Shown in pieces: positions 9,442 through 18,517 of a stretch of DNA of 64,000 nt. The notes below the pieces were generated by a model. The model was not told the DNA's origin. It was given only the letters and a program-made list of their open reading frames with translations, and did no database searches. The translations under genes and the position numbers were made by a program. The stretch is from the IMG/VR virus record IMGVR_UViG_3300032070_000002, positions 1 to 64,000 of that record; one strand, written 5' to 3'. How positions within the stretch are numbered: position 1 is the stretch's first letter; every line of letters starts with the position of its first letter. This stretch comes from a virus.

Positions 9442-9474
9442 TAAATTTCTTTAAGTGTTTTTATTTATGAAGAG
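9442..9474 (+). promoter_or_regulatory. Candidate late promoter motif, copy 2
   Basis: AAGTGTTTTTATT identical to 7015-7027; lies between the terminator and the neck genes. Confidence 0.4.
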
Positions 9475-9503
9475 AAATGGTTAATATCGTATAGGAGGAA
9501 CTA

Positions 9504-10118
9504 ATGGCTAATTACACAACCGCACAAAAAGTAGCGGATTTATTAGGTTTATCAGTATCTACCGTTATTAAAAGTGATTGGCTTAATTGGGCAGATGCTC
9601 AAGTAGAAAGTAGAACACGTAAGAAATTTACAGAAGTAACGATTTCAAATGAGTTATATGACGGCTCCGGTTCAGAGGAATTGATATTAAAGAATTATCC
9701 TATTACTTCTATTACAAAAGTAGAATATTTATCTATACAAACTCCTACAGAAGTTTGGTATGAATTAACTTCTCCCTATTTTAGAGCGTATAAGGATGAG
9801 GGTATTTTAAAATTAGTAGAGGATTTAACCGGTGTAGTAGATATTAGTTGTTTTGAGAAGGGCGTACAAAATTGGCGAATAACTTATAAGTACGGTTATG
9901 CTGCGGTTCCAGCGATAATAGAGTTGTTAGCTTCTTTATTAGTAGCAGAATTGTATTATAAATCTACGGATGAAAGTGCGGTTGTATCAAGTGAAAAAAT
10001 AGGTGATTATTCTATAGGCTATAGTACTAGCGGAGAAACAGTTACTAGTATTCCTAAGTTAATTGATATAATTATAAATGATATTAAAAGGGGTAATATA
10101 GATTTTCAGGTAATATAA
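9504..10118 (+). CDS. Head-tail adaptor (gp6-like)
   Basis: YTT..V, E.YDGSG, YPI.SI, ITYKYGY..VP and SSEKIGDYSI motifs. Confidence 0.85.
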   Translation: MANYTTAQKVADLLGLSVSTVIKSDWLNWADAQVESRTRKKFTEVTISNELYDGSGSEELILKNYPITSITKVEYLSIQTPTEVWYELTSPYFRAYKDEGILKLVEDLTGVVDISCFEKGVQNWRITYKYGYAAVPAIIELLASLLVAELYYKSTDESAVVSSEKIGDYSIGYSTSGETVTSIPKLIDIIINDIKRGNIDFQVI

Positions 10119-10450
10119 TGAGTATTTCTAACTTTTTAGATAAAGACGTAAATATTTATAGAAGAAATTTAGGCGCCGTAAATGACTACGGAGAAAGTAA
10201 AGAAACTTGGGTTAAAGTTACTACGGTAAAAGGTACTATACAGCCTAGCTCCGGCAATGTAAGTAGAGAAGAAAACGGCGTAATGATAACTAGTACTCAT
10301 AGAATGTATTGTTTAGCTACGGTAAATATTAAAGCAGATGATAAGATAGAATTAAACGGTACTTGGTATAATGTTCTTTTCGTAGGAGACGCTTCGGGAA
10401 AGGGACACCATTACGAAATAGATTTAAAAGTAAACGAATCAAATGCCTAA
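10118..10450 (+). CDS. Head closure protein (SPP1 gp16-like)
   Basis: NDYGE..W, TH.MY and GHHYEI motifs; synteny. Confidence 0.85.
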   Translation: MSISNFLDKDVNIYRRNLGAVNDYGESKETWVKVTTVKGTIQPSSGNVSREENGVMITSTHRMYCLATVNIKADDKIELNGTWYNVLFVGDASGKGHHYEIDLKVNESNA

Positions 10451-10943
10451 ATTAATTGATATATCTATACCTAATTTAAAAATTACTCAACAGGAAATAC
10501 AAAAATACGGCGATGAAGCTTTTCCTCGTATTAAATATGGTTTCCTTCAATTTTTAACTTTTTTAGCAGACCAAGCAAGATTAAGATGTCCGGTAAAAAC
10601 AGGCCATTTACAATCTAGTATTCAAGGACAAATTTCAAAAGAAACTCCCGGGGAAATTGAAGGTAGAGTAGGTACTAATATAAAGTACGGTCCTTACGTA
10701 GAATGCGGTACGGGAATATATGGTCCAAATAAAAGTATGATTGTTCCTAAAAAAAAGAAAGTTTTAGTTTGGGTATCTACCGGACCAAGGCCTACTACGA
10801 AAGCGGGATGGAAACAAGCAAGTGCAGAAGGTAGGGTAGTAGTAGCAAAAGCGGTAAAAGGAATGCCTCCTAGACCTTATTTACTTCCCGCAGTTTTAGA
10901 AAATCTTGATAAGATAGTAGAATTTTTAAAGAGATATTTATAA
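10443..10943 (+). CDS. HK97 gp10-like neck protein
   Basis: PVKTGHLQSSI, YGPYVECGTG and GMPPRPYLLPA motifs. Confidence 0.9.
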   Translation: MPKLIDISIPNLKITQQEIQKYGDEAFPRIKYGFLQFLTFLADQARLRCPVKTGHLQSSIQGQISKETPGEIEGRVGTNIKYGPYVECGTGIYGPNKSMIVPKKKKVLVWVSTGPRPTTKAGWKQASAEGRVVVAKAVKGMPPRPYLLPAVLENLDKIVEFLKRYL

Positions 10944-11351
10944 ATGTTAAAAGACATTTTAATTATTTTAAGAGATATTTTATTAGCAGATACTACTATT
11001 AAAGGATACGTAGGTCAAAATATATCTGTTAAGAGTTTACCTAATACTAGATTATCTAAACAAATTACTTTAAGAAAAAGTTACGGTAAATCTAATTCTA
11101 TAATAACTGCTACTAATTCTACAATATTTATTACTATATGGGTTAAACAAAAGGATGTAGAAGAGCCTTATAAAACGTGTGCAGATATAGCTCATAGAGT
11201 AATAGATTTATTTAATAGAAAAGGTTCTAGTCTTAACAGTTCTGATTTAATTGTAAATCAAGTAGTAAAGACAGACGCGGAAATTAATTATAGTGATGAA
11301 GGCGAATATTGGTTTTGTACAATAGTTTTTGAAGTAGTTCACAATGAATAA
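10944..11351 (+). CDS. Tail terminator protein
   Basis: LLADTTIKGYVG N-terminus; size and synteny. Confidence 0.65.
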   Translation: MLKDILIILRDILLADTTIKGYVGQNISVKSLPNTRLSKQITLRKSYGKSNSIITATNSTIFITIWVKQKDVEEPYKTCADIAHRVIDLFNRKGSSLNSSDLIVNQVVKTDAEINYSDEGEYWFCTIVFEVVHNE

Positions 11352-11362
11352 GGAGGAATAAA

Positions 11363-11623
11363 ATGGGAGCGGTAAGTTATACAGTAAAGAAACACGGCTT
11401 AGGACAAACAGTTGCGGATTTAAAAAAGTATTATCTTTTTGAAGCTACTGTAAGTAAAACTAATACAATTACTATAGCGGAATTAACGACAATTACGAAG
11501 GCTAAATTAATTGCATTAGATGACGGCGACGATATTGATTGTACGGTATTAACTAATGTTATTACTATTACGGAAGACCCTTGTACGAGTGAAAAAATTG
11601 TAGGGTTAGTTGTAGGTTCTTAA
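11363..11623 (+). CDS. Small virion (decoration-like) protein, paralog A
   Basis: Thr-rich beta protein with strong RBS; paralogous to the next gene. Confidence 0.55.
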   Translation: MGAVSYTVKKHGLGQTVADLKKYYLFEATVSKTNTITIAELTTITKAKLIALDDGDDIDCTVLTNVITITEDPCTSEKIVGLVVGS

Positions 11624-11638
11624 AAGGAGGAATAAAAA

Positions 11639-11896
11639 ATGGCAGCTGCTTCATATTCGGTTAAAAAGTTTGGTCAAGGTCAGACAGTAACTGACTTAAA
11701 AAAATACTATTTATTAGAGTGTACTGTAAGTATAAGTGATACAATTACCGTAGCGGAATTAACGGCTGTTACCGCAGCAACAATCTATAATCTTTCTACG
11801 GCTGCTATTATTACTTGTACGGTAGGAACAAATATTATTACGGTTACCGGGGCTGCAACAAGTGTAAAAGTTGTAGTTATAGTTTTAGGAACATAA
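11639..11896 (+). CDS. Small virion (decoration-like) protein, paralog B
   Basis: Shares GQTV.DLKKYYL.E.TVS...TIT.AELT with the previous gene. Confidence 0.55.
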   Translation: MAAASYSVKKFGQGQTVTDLKKYYLLECTVSISDTITVAELTAVTAATIYNLSTAAIITCTVGTNIITVTGAATSVKVVVIVLGT

Positions 11897-11921
11897 AAAT
11901 AAATTTTAAGGAGGTGTAAAG

Positions 11922-12290
11922 ATGGATTATAAGTTTTCAGTAGGCAAAATAGCAATAGGTAGCGGTACTGCAATAGCTACTTGTACGGGAATTACGGTTA
12001 GAACCGACGGCGGTCCGGTAGAGTTTAGAGGAGGCGATTACCGTCTTCCTATGTGGATAGAGTTAGGAGCTAAATCGGTAGAAATTACTATAGAATCTGC
12101 AAAGTTTGATACCGACCCTTCTGAAATGGATAACGCTTATATTACTTTAACGTTGTCTACCGGTAATGAAGGCGGCGGCTTAGCGGGAACCATAACTAAC
12201 TGTAAAGTAATTTCTTACGAGGTTAGACAAACGCAGGATGCTTTCGTAGTTAGCACGTTAGTTTTAAGAAGAGCTGAAAATCCGGCGTAG
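11922..12290 (+). CDS. Probable tail tube protein (minimal, 122 aa)
   Basis: Precedes the chaperones and tape measure; beta-rich; AAGGAGGTG RBS. Confidence 0.6.
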   Translation: MDYKFSVGKIAIGSGTAIATCTGITVRTDGGPVEFRGGDYRLPMWIELGAKSVEITIESAKFDTDPSEMDNAYITLTLSTGNEGGGLAGTITNCKVISYEVRQTQDAFVVSTLVLRRAENPA

Positions 12291-12305
12291 TTAATTATAG
12301 TTGTT

Positions 12306-12374
12306 TGAAAGAGAACTTAGGAGAACGGTTTACTAGGATACCGTTTCTAAAAATATAACCTAAGTTCTCTTTCA
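12306..12374. other. Intergenic RNA structure with a perfect 16-bp outer stem and inner hairpin
   Basis: tgaaagagaacttagg/cctaagttctctttca; inner agaacggt/accgtttct. Confidence 0.8.
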
Positions 12375-12394
12375 TTACTTAATTGGAGGATATA

Positions 12395-12685
12395 ATGGAA
12401 GATAGAGTTACTACGGTTAAAAAAACTATTTTATTAGCTGACGGTAAAGAATACGAAGTAAAACCTCTTTCCTTAAAAGCTACAAAGAATTTACTACCTA
12501 CCATTAAAAAGTTAGATGAACTTAAGGCAAAAGAAGGCGTTACGGAAGGATTAATAGATATAATGGCAGATATTTGTTTAGAAATTTTACAACCTACTAA
12601 TTCCGATTTAACTAAAGAAAAAATTTATGAAATTATGGAATTAGGTACAGTATATAAATTACTATTTATGGCTATGGGTAGTTAA
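12395..12685 (+). CDS. Tail assembly chaperone (G-like)
   Basis: LADGKEYEVKPLSL motif; synteny; GGAGG RBS before ATG 12395. Confidence 0.7.
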   Translation: MEDRVTTVKKTILLADGKEYEVKPLSLKATKNLLPTIKKLDELKAKEGVTEGLIDIMADICLEILQPTNSDLTKEKIYEIMELGTVYKLLFMAMGS

Positions 12686-12689
12686 TTAA

Positions 12690-12983
12690 ATGTATGAAAT
12701 AGAATGGTATTCAATAGTAGATATTTTAGCAAAGGAATACGGTTGGACCATAGAATATATTAGTAATCTTCAAACTATTGAAATACGCGAGTTAATAAAA
12801 GAAATTAATAAAAGAAAAGTTAATGAATATAATACTTTATGTTATATAATAAATTGTGCGTTAACAGGTAAACAACCGCAATTAGGTAAACATTCAAAAA
12901 ATAGTTTACCACAAACAGAAGAAGAAGCTTTAATAAGTTTAATGAAAAAAGTAGGCGGTAAGGTAGAAAAAGGAAAGAAGTAA
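12690..12983 (+). CDS. Tail assembly chaperone (T-like)
   Basis: LAKEYGWTIEYI..L motif; directly precedes the tape measure gene. Confidence 0.7.
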   Translation: MYEIEWYSIVDILAKEYGWTIEYISNLQTIEIRELIKEINKRKVNEYNTLCYIINCALTGKQPQLGKHSKNSLPQTEEEALISLMKKVGGKVEKGKK

Positions 12984-12984
12984 A

Positions 12985-14802
12985 ATGACTCTTAAAGAAT
13001 TAATAGTAGTATTTAAAATAGATGCTAATCAACTTAAAGTAGGAATACAAGAAGTAAATAAAGCCTTAGACGGTTTATCTTCTGTAGTAACAGGTACGGC
13101 TAATAAAATTTCCCAAGGGTTTCATAATACATTATCTGCAATATTTAATTTGAAAACTGCTTTAGGAGCCTTATTAGCGGGACTATCTTTAAATGCGGTA
13201 ATAGGCGAAGCTAGTAAGTTTGAAGAAAGTATTTTAAGAGCTTGGAGACAAGCTTCTGATGGCGCTCTAAATGCGGGTCAAAGTTATGAAAAGTTTAAAC
13301 AAACTGCGGTAGATGTAGCTTCTTCTTCTATATTTAGTGCTAATCAAGTAGCTAATGCTATGAAGGTAATAGCTGACCGCGCTAGAACTGTTGCTCAAAC
13401 TCAAGAAGAAGTAGCGTGGGCAACAAAATTAGCTCAAGCTTCCGGTGAGGACTTAGGAACTTCCGCGGATGCCGTTTCTCGTATTATGATGATATTTGAG
13501 AAACAAAATATGACATCCGCTCAAGCAGCTAATTATTTAGCGGTATTAATGGATAAAGGCGCAGTTTCTTTAGGTGATTTAGGAATGGCTTTTCGTTCTT
13601 TATTTCCTATGGCTGCAGCTATGGGCTGGCAGTTTAAAGATATAGCTTCAGTTTTAGGAGTATTATCTACTAAAGGAGTTGAAGGTTATAGAGCTATTTT
13701 TGCATTACAGAGTATATTAGACGCTGCAATAGATCCTTCTAAAGGTTTAGGTAAAGAGTTAGCAGATGCCGGCGTTCAAATAGTAGATTCTTTTGGTAAA
13801 GTTAAAGGAGTGTTAGAAATAGTAGATAGTATGAAAAGATTAGGATGGACGACCTCAGACGTATATAAACATTTCGGCGTTCAAATGGGTACTGTCTTTT
13901 CTACAATGTTAGAAACGGGTTCCGATGCTTTTAGTAAGTTTAATTCTGCAATGACTAATTCTTTACACGGCTCTGAAACGTATGTAGATAAACAATCTGA
14001 AATTTTTCAAAAAAGTTTACCCGGAGTATTAACAGATTTTACAAATACCGTTAATACTTCTTTTAAAAAGATTGGAGATGATGTAGGAGCGGTTTTAAAA
14101 CCCATAATAGATTTATTTAAAACGTGGATAGAAAAAACAGTTGAAGCTATTGATAAATCAGATGTATTAAAAAAAGTAGGGGAAGAGTTAACTAAAGCTT
14201 TAGCACCTTTACAAGATAAATTATTAGAGTTAACGGACCAATTTATTAAATGGTTATCTACTTTAACTGCAGAAGATATAGAAAAAGGATTAAACGGTTT
14301 TGCGGATGGTATAAATTCTATAGCATCTGCTATAGCTTCTATACTTCCCGGAATAGAAAAATTAGCGGGTTTAATTAAGTTTATTGTAGATAACGCGGGC
14401 GTATTAACGGGCGCGTATATAGGAGGTAAGGCCGCCGGCCCGGTAGGAATGGTAGCAGGTGCCGTAGGCGGTGGTTTAATACAAGAAACCATTAAAGCAA
14501 AAAACGTTAGTCAAAGTCCAGAGTATCAAGCTTATAAAGAAAGTGGCGGTAAAATAGGCCCGGGCCTATGGAAAGAAATGGTAGAAATGGGCACTTTAGG
14601 TAAAATACAAACGGAACTTCAAACTAATAATAGTTTAGGAGAGCAAGTTAAAGCAATAGGTCAAAGTACGATTACTTCGGTGGATAAAAATGGAAAAGTA
14701 ATTGTAGAAACGTTAGAAAATTTAATGAAAAAAATAGATACTAATACTTCGGATATAAATAGTTTAAAAATAAGAGCAAGTACTAATCAAAAAAATAGGT
14801 AA
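12985..14802 (+). CDS. Tail tape measure protein (TP901-like)
   Basis: Ala/Gly-rich helical protein with a PhageMin_Tail-like central region. Confidence 0.9.
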   Translation: MTLKELIVVFKIDANQLKVGIQEVNKALDGLSSVVTGTANKISQGFHNTLSAIFNLKTALGALLAGLSLNAVIGEASKFEESILRAWRQASDGALNAGQSYEKFKQTAVDVASSSIFSANQVANAMKVIADRARTVAQTQEEVAWATKLAQASGEDLGTSADAVSRIMMIFEKQNMTSAQAANYLAVLMDKGAVSLGDLGMAFRSLFPMAAAMGWQFKDIASVLGVLSTKGVEGYRAIFALQSILDAAIDPSKGLGKELADAGVQIVDSFGKVKGVLEIVDSMKRLGWTTSDVYKHFGVQMGTVFSTMLETGSDAFSKFNSAMTNSLHGSETYVDKQSEIFQKSLPGVLTDFTNTVNTSFKKIGDDVGAVLKPIIDLFKTWIEKTVEAIDKSDVLKKVGEELTKALAPLQDKLLELTDQFIKWLSTLTAEDIEKGLNGFADGINSIASAIASILPGIEKLAGLIKFIVDNAGVLTGAYIGGKAAGPVGMVAGAVGGGLIQETIKAKNVSQSPEYQAYKESGGKIGPGLWKEMVEMGTLGKIQTELQTNNSLGEQVKAIGQSTITSVDKNGKVIVETLENLMKKIDTNTSDINSLKIRASTNQKNR

Positions 14803-14807
14803 ATAGA

Positions 14808-15188
14808 ATGGCGGTACTATCTAGAGTAACTTATAACGGTGAATTTTTAGGCGATTACGCTTTTGTAAACATAGATTTTGTAGGTAATACTACTGTAAGA
14901 ATTATTCCGAGAGCTTTAGGCGTAAAAATATATGCTACCGAAGAGCTAGGCGGCGGACAATTAATTTTTAAAGTAAGATTAGTAGTATTAAAAACAAGTA
15001 GACAGGATATAGTAAAATATCAAGAAAGTCTTTATCAATTAGGAAACGGCCCCTCAGATTTAGTAGTATATGATAAGACAGGCTTAAATCCGGTAGTTTT
15101 TGAAGACTGTTATTTAAATAAAATTTCTTCTCCATCCGAAGACGAGTTATGGTCTTGGATAGATATAGAATTAACTAAAAGTATTTAA
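14808..15188 (+). CDS. Probable distal tail protein
   Basis: First gene after tape measure; beta-rich. Confidence 0.4.
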   Translation: MAVLSRVTYNGEFLGDYAFVNIDFVGNTTVRIIPRALGVKIYATEELGGGQLIFKVRLVVLKTSRQDIVKYQESLYQLGNGPSDLVVYDKTGLNPVVFEDCYLNKISSPSEDELWSWIDIELTKSI

Positions 15189-15203
15189 TAAGGAGGTTTA
15201 GAT

Positions 15204-15692
15204 ATGGCTGCTACAATTACCGTAATTAAAACGTATGGAGCTCCCGCGGGTTCAGAAGCAACGGTAACTACTCCGGGACTAATAGCTTCGGATGATAACG
15301 CAGACCCCGTAGATTCTAAGTTAATAGTTCCTTCAGTTAACCCGGTATATAGCTATGAATGCTGGCTTAGATTTAAGTGTACCGTAGCTCCTGATAATAC
15401 TTGCGAAAATTTTAAGATATGGAGTTCCGGAGCCTCCGTAGGAACGGGCTTAACTATAACGGTTAATAGTGATGCAGTTGCAGTTTATGCTCAACCGGTT
15501 AATACGGAATCGGCTCAAGGCACAAGAGTAGATTTTTCTACTAAAGATTCGGGAGATAAGATAAGTGTAGCAGGCGATTTAGTAGACCCGGATGATAAGA
15601 CAGATTTTTCTGTATTTCAAATGAAAGTAGAAAATACCGCAGGCGCAGGAAATAAAACATATACAGTTTATTATTCGTATGATGAATCTTAA
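15204..15692 (+). CDS. Virion structural protein
   Basis: YSYECWLRF motif and C-terminal YSYDES; strong RBS; tail region. Confidence 0.5.
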   Translation: MAATITVIKTYGAPAGSEATVTTPGLIASDDNADPVDSKLIVPSVNPVYSYECWLRFKCTVAPDNTCENFKIWSSGASVGTGLTITVNSDAVAVYAQPVNTESAQGTRVDFSTKDSGDKISVAGDLVDPDDKTDFSVFQMKVENTAGAGNKTYTVYYSYDES

Positions 15693-15719
15693 TACAATAT
15701 TAAAAAGGAGACCAATACA

Positions 15720-16109
15720 ATGGAAAAATATTATTGGTTAATAGAATTTAGTAACGGTGAAAAGTTATGTCAGTTTAATGAAGATAAAACAGAAAATAAA
15801 ATAGATTTTATTTTCCTACAAAATCATACCCCTTTCGTATTTCATTTAATTCCTACCGTAGAAAACTTACCGATTATAAAGATTTTAATAGATAATGATA
15901 AGAGGTTAATATATTTTCGTAAAAGAATAGGCGCTTTTACTTTTGGTATAAATAAAAAAGATGATAAAAATAAGTTATTACAAACCCTTTTTGTATGCGG
16001 ATGGCAGAAAACTATAAATAATATTAATATAAAAAATTTAATGTGGATAGATACAGAAGGAAATATATTATATAATTGTGACGATTTAAGTATTAAAATA
16101 GAGGAATAA
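15720..16109 (+). CDS. Hypothetical tail-region protein
   Basis: 129-aa ORF with RLIYFR and GWQK motifs. Confidence 0.5.
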   Translation: MEKYYWLIEFSNGEKLCQFNEDKTENKIDFIFLQNHTPFVFHLIPTVENLPIIKILIDNDKRLIYFRKRIGAFTFGINKKDDKNKLLQTLFVCGWQKTINNINIKNLMWIDTEGNILYNCDDLSIKIEE

Positions 16110-16110
16110 A

Positions 16111-18507
16111 ATGGCATATTCTATTGATATATTAGTAGGAGGAACAGCTTCAGCATCTTCTCAAAGTGGTGGATATGAAGCCACAAAAGGTTGCGATAAT
16201 AATGAAGTAACCAGATGGTCTACCAGTAATACCAATATGCCTTGTTGGTGGAAATATGACTTAGGTGTTGGAATAACTAAAAAAGTCGTAAAATTAAGAA
16301 TAAAACCAATGGTTTATCAAGGGCACGCTTTTTTGAAAGATTTTATTCTTCAAGGGTCGAATAATAATAGTGATTGGGTTAATATTTATACTGGTCAACA
16401 CGCTGATAATGAAAATTGGGAAGATTTTATTTTTACTAATATTAATTCGTATCGCTATTATAGAATATGGATTACGACTAATTGGAAACCTACGGGCGGT
16501 TCTACTATTTGGGAAATAGAAATGATGACGGATAATACTGTCTTTGAGGATTTCTCATTGGGAGCCGTTATAAAAAAGACAATTAATTTACAATATACAT
16601 TAAGTGCGTATACTTTTTGGAGAAATTATTTATTAAATTCTGTTTTACAGAAACCGTTGTCAGACGATTACTCCTTATCTGCTATATTAAAGAAGACTTT
16701 TTCTAGTTCATATTCATTACTTTCTAGCATTTTATTTGTAGAACGTAAAACGGATGTTATAGATTGGAATATAGCGGGAGAAATTTCTTTAGGGTTAGAG
16801 ACCGGCGGATTAAAAGTATTTTCCGGAATAGCAGAAATAACTAAAGTAATTGCATCCTTAAAAGATACCGGGTCTGCTTCAGATACTATAATTGATATAA
16901 ATAAAAACGGAATTAGTATATTTCCTGCTCCCGGAGATAGATTAGATATAGCTTTTAATAATACGGATAAATATACAACTTATAAATTTACTTCTCCGGT
17001 TCTAATTTTAGAACAAGATAAATTATCTATAGATGTTGATTCTGTAGCTACAGATGCGGAGGACTTAAATGTTAGAGTAGTTTTAAGAAGATTGACTTGT
17101 TATCCACCTTCTATAAAAAAGATAGAATTTTATAATAATTTAGTTAAACAAGGCACTACTATAGAACCTACTAATACTTTAAAAGTAAAAGTAATATTTA
17201 ATATAGAAATGAATGAAACTGCTAGTCCGACTATTGCTTTAAAGTTTGAAGACGGCACTACTCAAGATATAAGTAGCGGTAGTTGGACGCATACTAATTT
17301 AGAATACGATACATTTATAACAAATAATATAACTATAGCTAGTTCTAAAGTAGGTAAGGCGGTTATAGAAATTTCAGAGGTAATTGGACGTAATACCTTA
17401 CCTATGAATCCGGACGTATATTCTTCTGACTTTGATATAGAAGAAATAACAAGGATAGAATTTGAAAATAGTAATTTATATACTAATACGGCAAACAACG
17501 ATTTAGTATTAGATTATATACAAGCTACTCAAATGAAATTTTCTTTAGATAATGCTACTTGGAGTGCTTGGGAAGATTATGATACCTCAAAAACTATAGA
17601 TATTACTGACGTTTCTTTAGGAGGGAATAGCGTAGAAGGCGTTAAGACAGTTTATGTAAAATTTAAAACAAATAATGGCGAGTCTATAGCTTATTCTACT
17701 ACTATAAAATATTATTATGCCGCGTTAAGTTTTACTTTTGATTTAATTCAAATGGGTAATATTATAGGAGGTAATAATTATAGAGTTGAATTAGTTTACC
17801 CGGATAGTGTTGCTATAGTGCCATTAAAAAGTGTAAAGATTTATTTAAATGATGTTTTAACGATAGAAGATAAAATGCAAGATACGGTATATGGCGCTTC
17901 TATTAAAACTTGTTCGTCTTCTTTAAGAAAAATTACTTTATATGCAGGTTATGTATTAACTAGGAATGGCATAAAGTATACTATAGCAGAAGATACGGAA
18001 ATAATATTAGATGATATTCCTGCAGGAAATACGCATAGAATAGATTTAGTATACGTAGATTTAGAAGGTAATTTATTAGTTAAGAAAGGCGATTACGGTT
18101 TAACTGAAAATGCTTTACCTACTGCTACTTTATATCCGGTAGGTGCTTCGGTTAACACTTTTCCAAAAGCTCCGGAGGTTCAGGATGATTGGATTCCCCT
18201 TTATTATCTTTACGTACAATACGTGGGAGCTACTGATGATACTTCTAGAATTTCTATTAACTATACCGGCGATTTAAGACCTACAAGATTAATTTATTAC
18301 TTATCTAATTTAGAGGACGATGTTTATGAAGTAAAAGTAACGATAGAAGATATGGCAGGAAGAACGAAAGATGTAACTAAATCAATAACTACGTTATCTG
18401 TTCCAAGATTTGGTAGAATAAGAGCTTATACTAATAGCGGAAAGACGGTAGAAATAAATAGCGGCGATCCTACTACTCTTTCTACTATTTGGATTGTTGT
18501 AGAATAG
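16111..18507 (+). CDS. Tail protein with N-terminal discoidin (F5/8 type C) domain and Ig-like domains
   Basis: ASASS..GCDNN..TRW, W.KYDLG, F.LQGSNN..DW and YRYYRI motifs; MKFSLDN.TWS.W. Confidence 0.75.
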   Translation: MAYSIDILVGGTASASSQSGGYEATKGCDNNEVTRWSTSNTNMPCWWKYDLGVGITKKVVKLRIKPMVYQGHAFLKDFILQGSNNNSDWVNIYTGQHADNENWEDFIFTNINSYRYYRIWITTNWKPTGGSTIWEIEMMTDNTVFEDFSLGAVIKKTINLQYTLSAYTFWRNYLLNSVLQKPLSDDYSLSAILKKTFSSSYSLLSSILFVERKTDVIDWNIAGEISLGLETGGLKVFSGIAEITKVIASLKDTGSASDTIIDINKNGISIFPAPGDRLDIAFNNTDKYTTYKFTSPVLILEQDKLSIDVDSVATDAEDLNVRVVLRRLTCYPPSIKKIEFYNNLVKQGTTIEPTNTLKVKVIFNIEMNETASPTIALKFEDGTTQDISSGSWTHTNLEYDTFITNNITIASSKVGKAVIEISEVIGRNTLPMNPDVYSSDFDIEEITRIEFENSNLYTNTANNDLVLDYIQATQMKFSLDNATWSAWEDYDTSKTIDITDVSLGGNSVEGVKTVYVKFKTNNGESIAYSTTIKYYYAALSFTFDLIQMGNIIGGNNYRVELVYPDSVAIVPLKSVKIYLNDVLTIEDKMQDTVYGASIKTCSSSLRKITLYAGYVLTRNGIKYTIAEDTEIILDDIPAGNTHRIDLVYVDLEGNLLVKKGDYGLTENALPTATLYPVGASVNTFPKAPEVQDDWIPLYYLYVQYVGATDDTSRISINYTGDLRPTRLIYYLSNLEDDVYEVKVTIEDMAGRTKDVTKSITTLSVPRFGRIRAYTNSGKTVEINSGDPTTLSTIWIVVE

Positions 18508-18517
18508 GAGAAATAAT

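Noticed and set aside
12395-12983. Programmed G/GT frameshift in the tail chaperones
   Set aside because: The second ORF has an in-frame TAA (12687-12689) directly before its ATG, and no slippery heptamer is evident at the end of the first.
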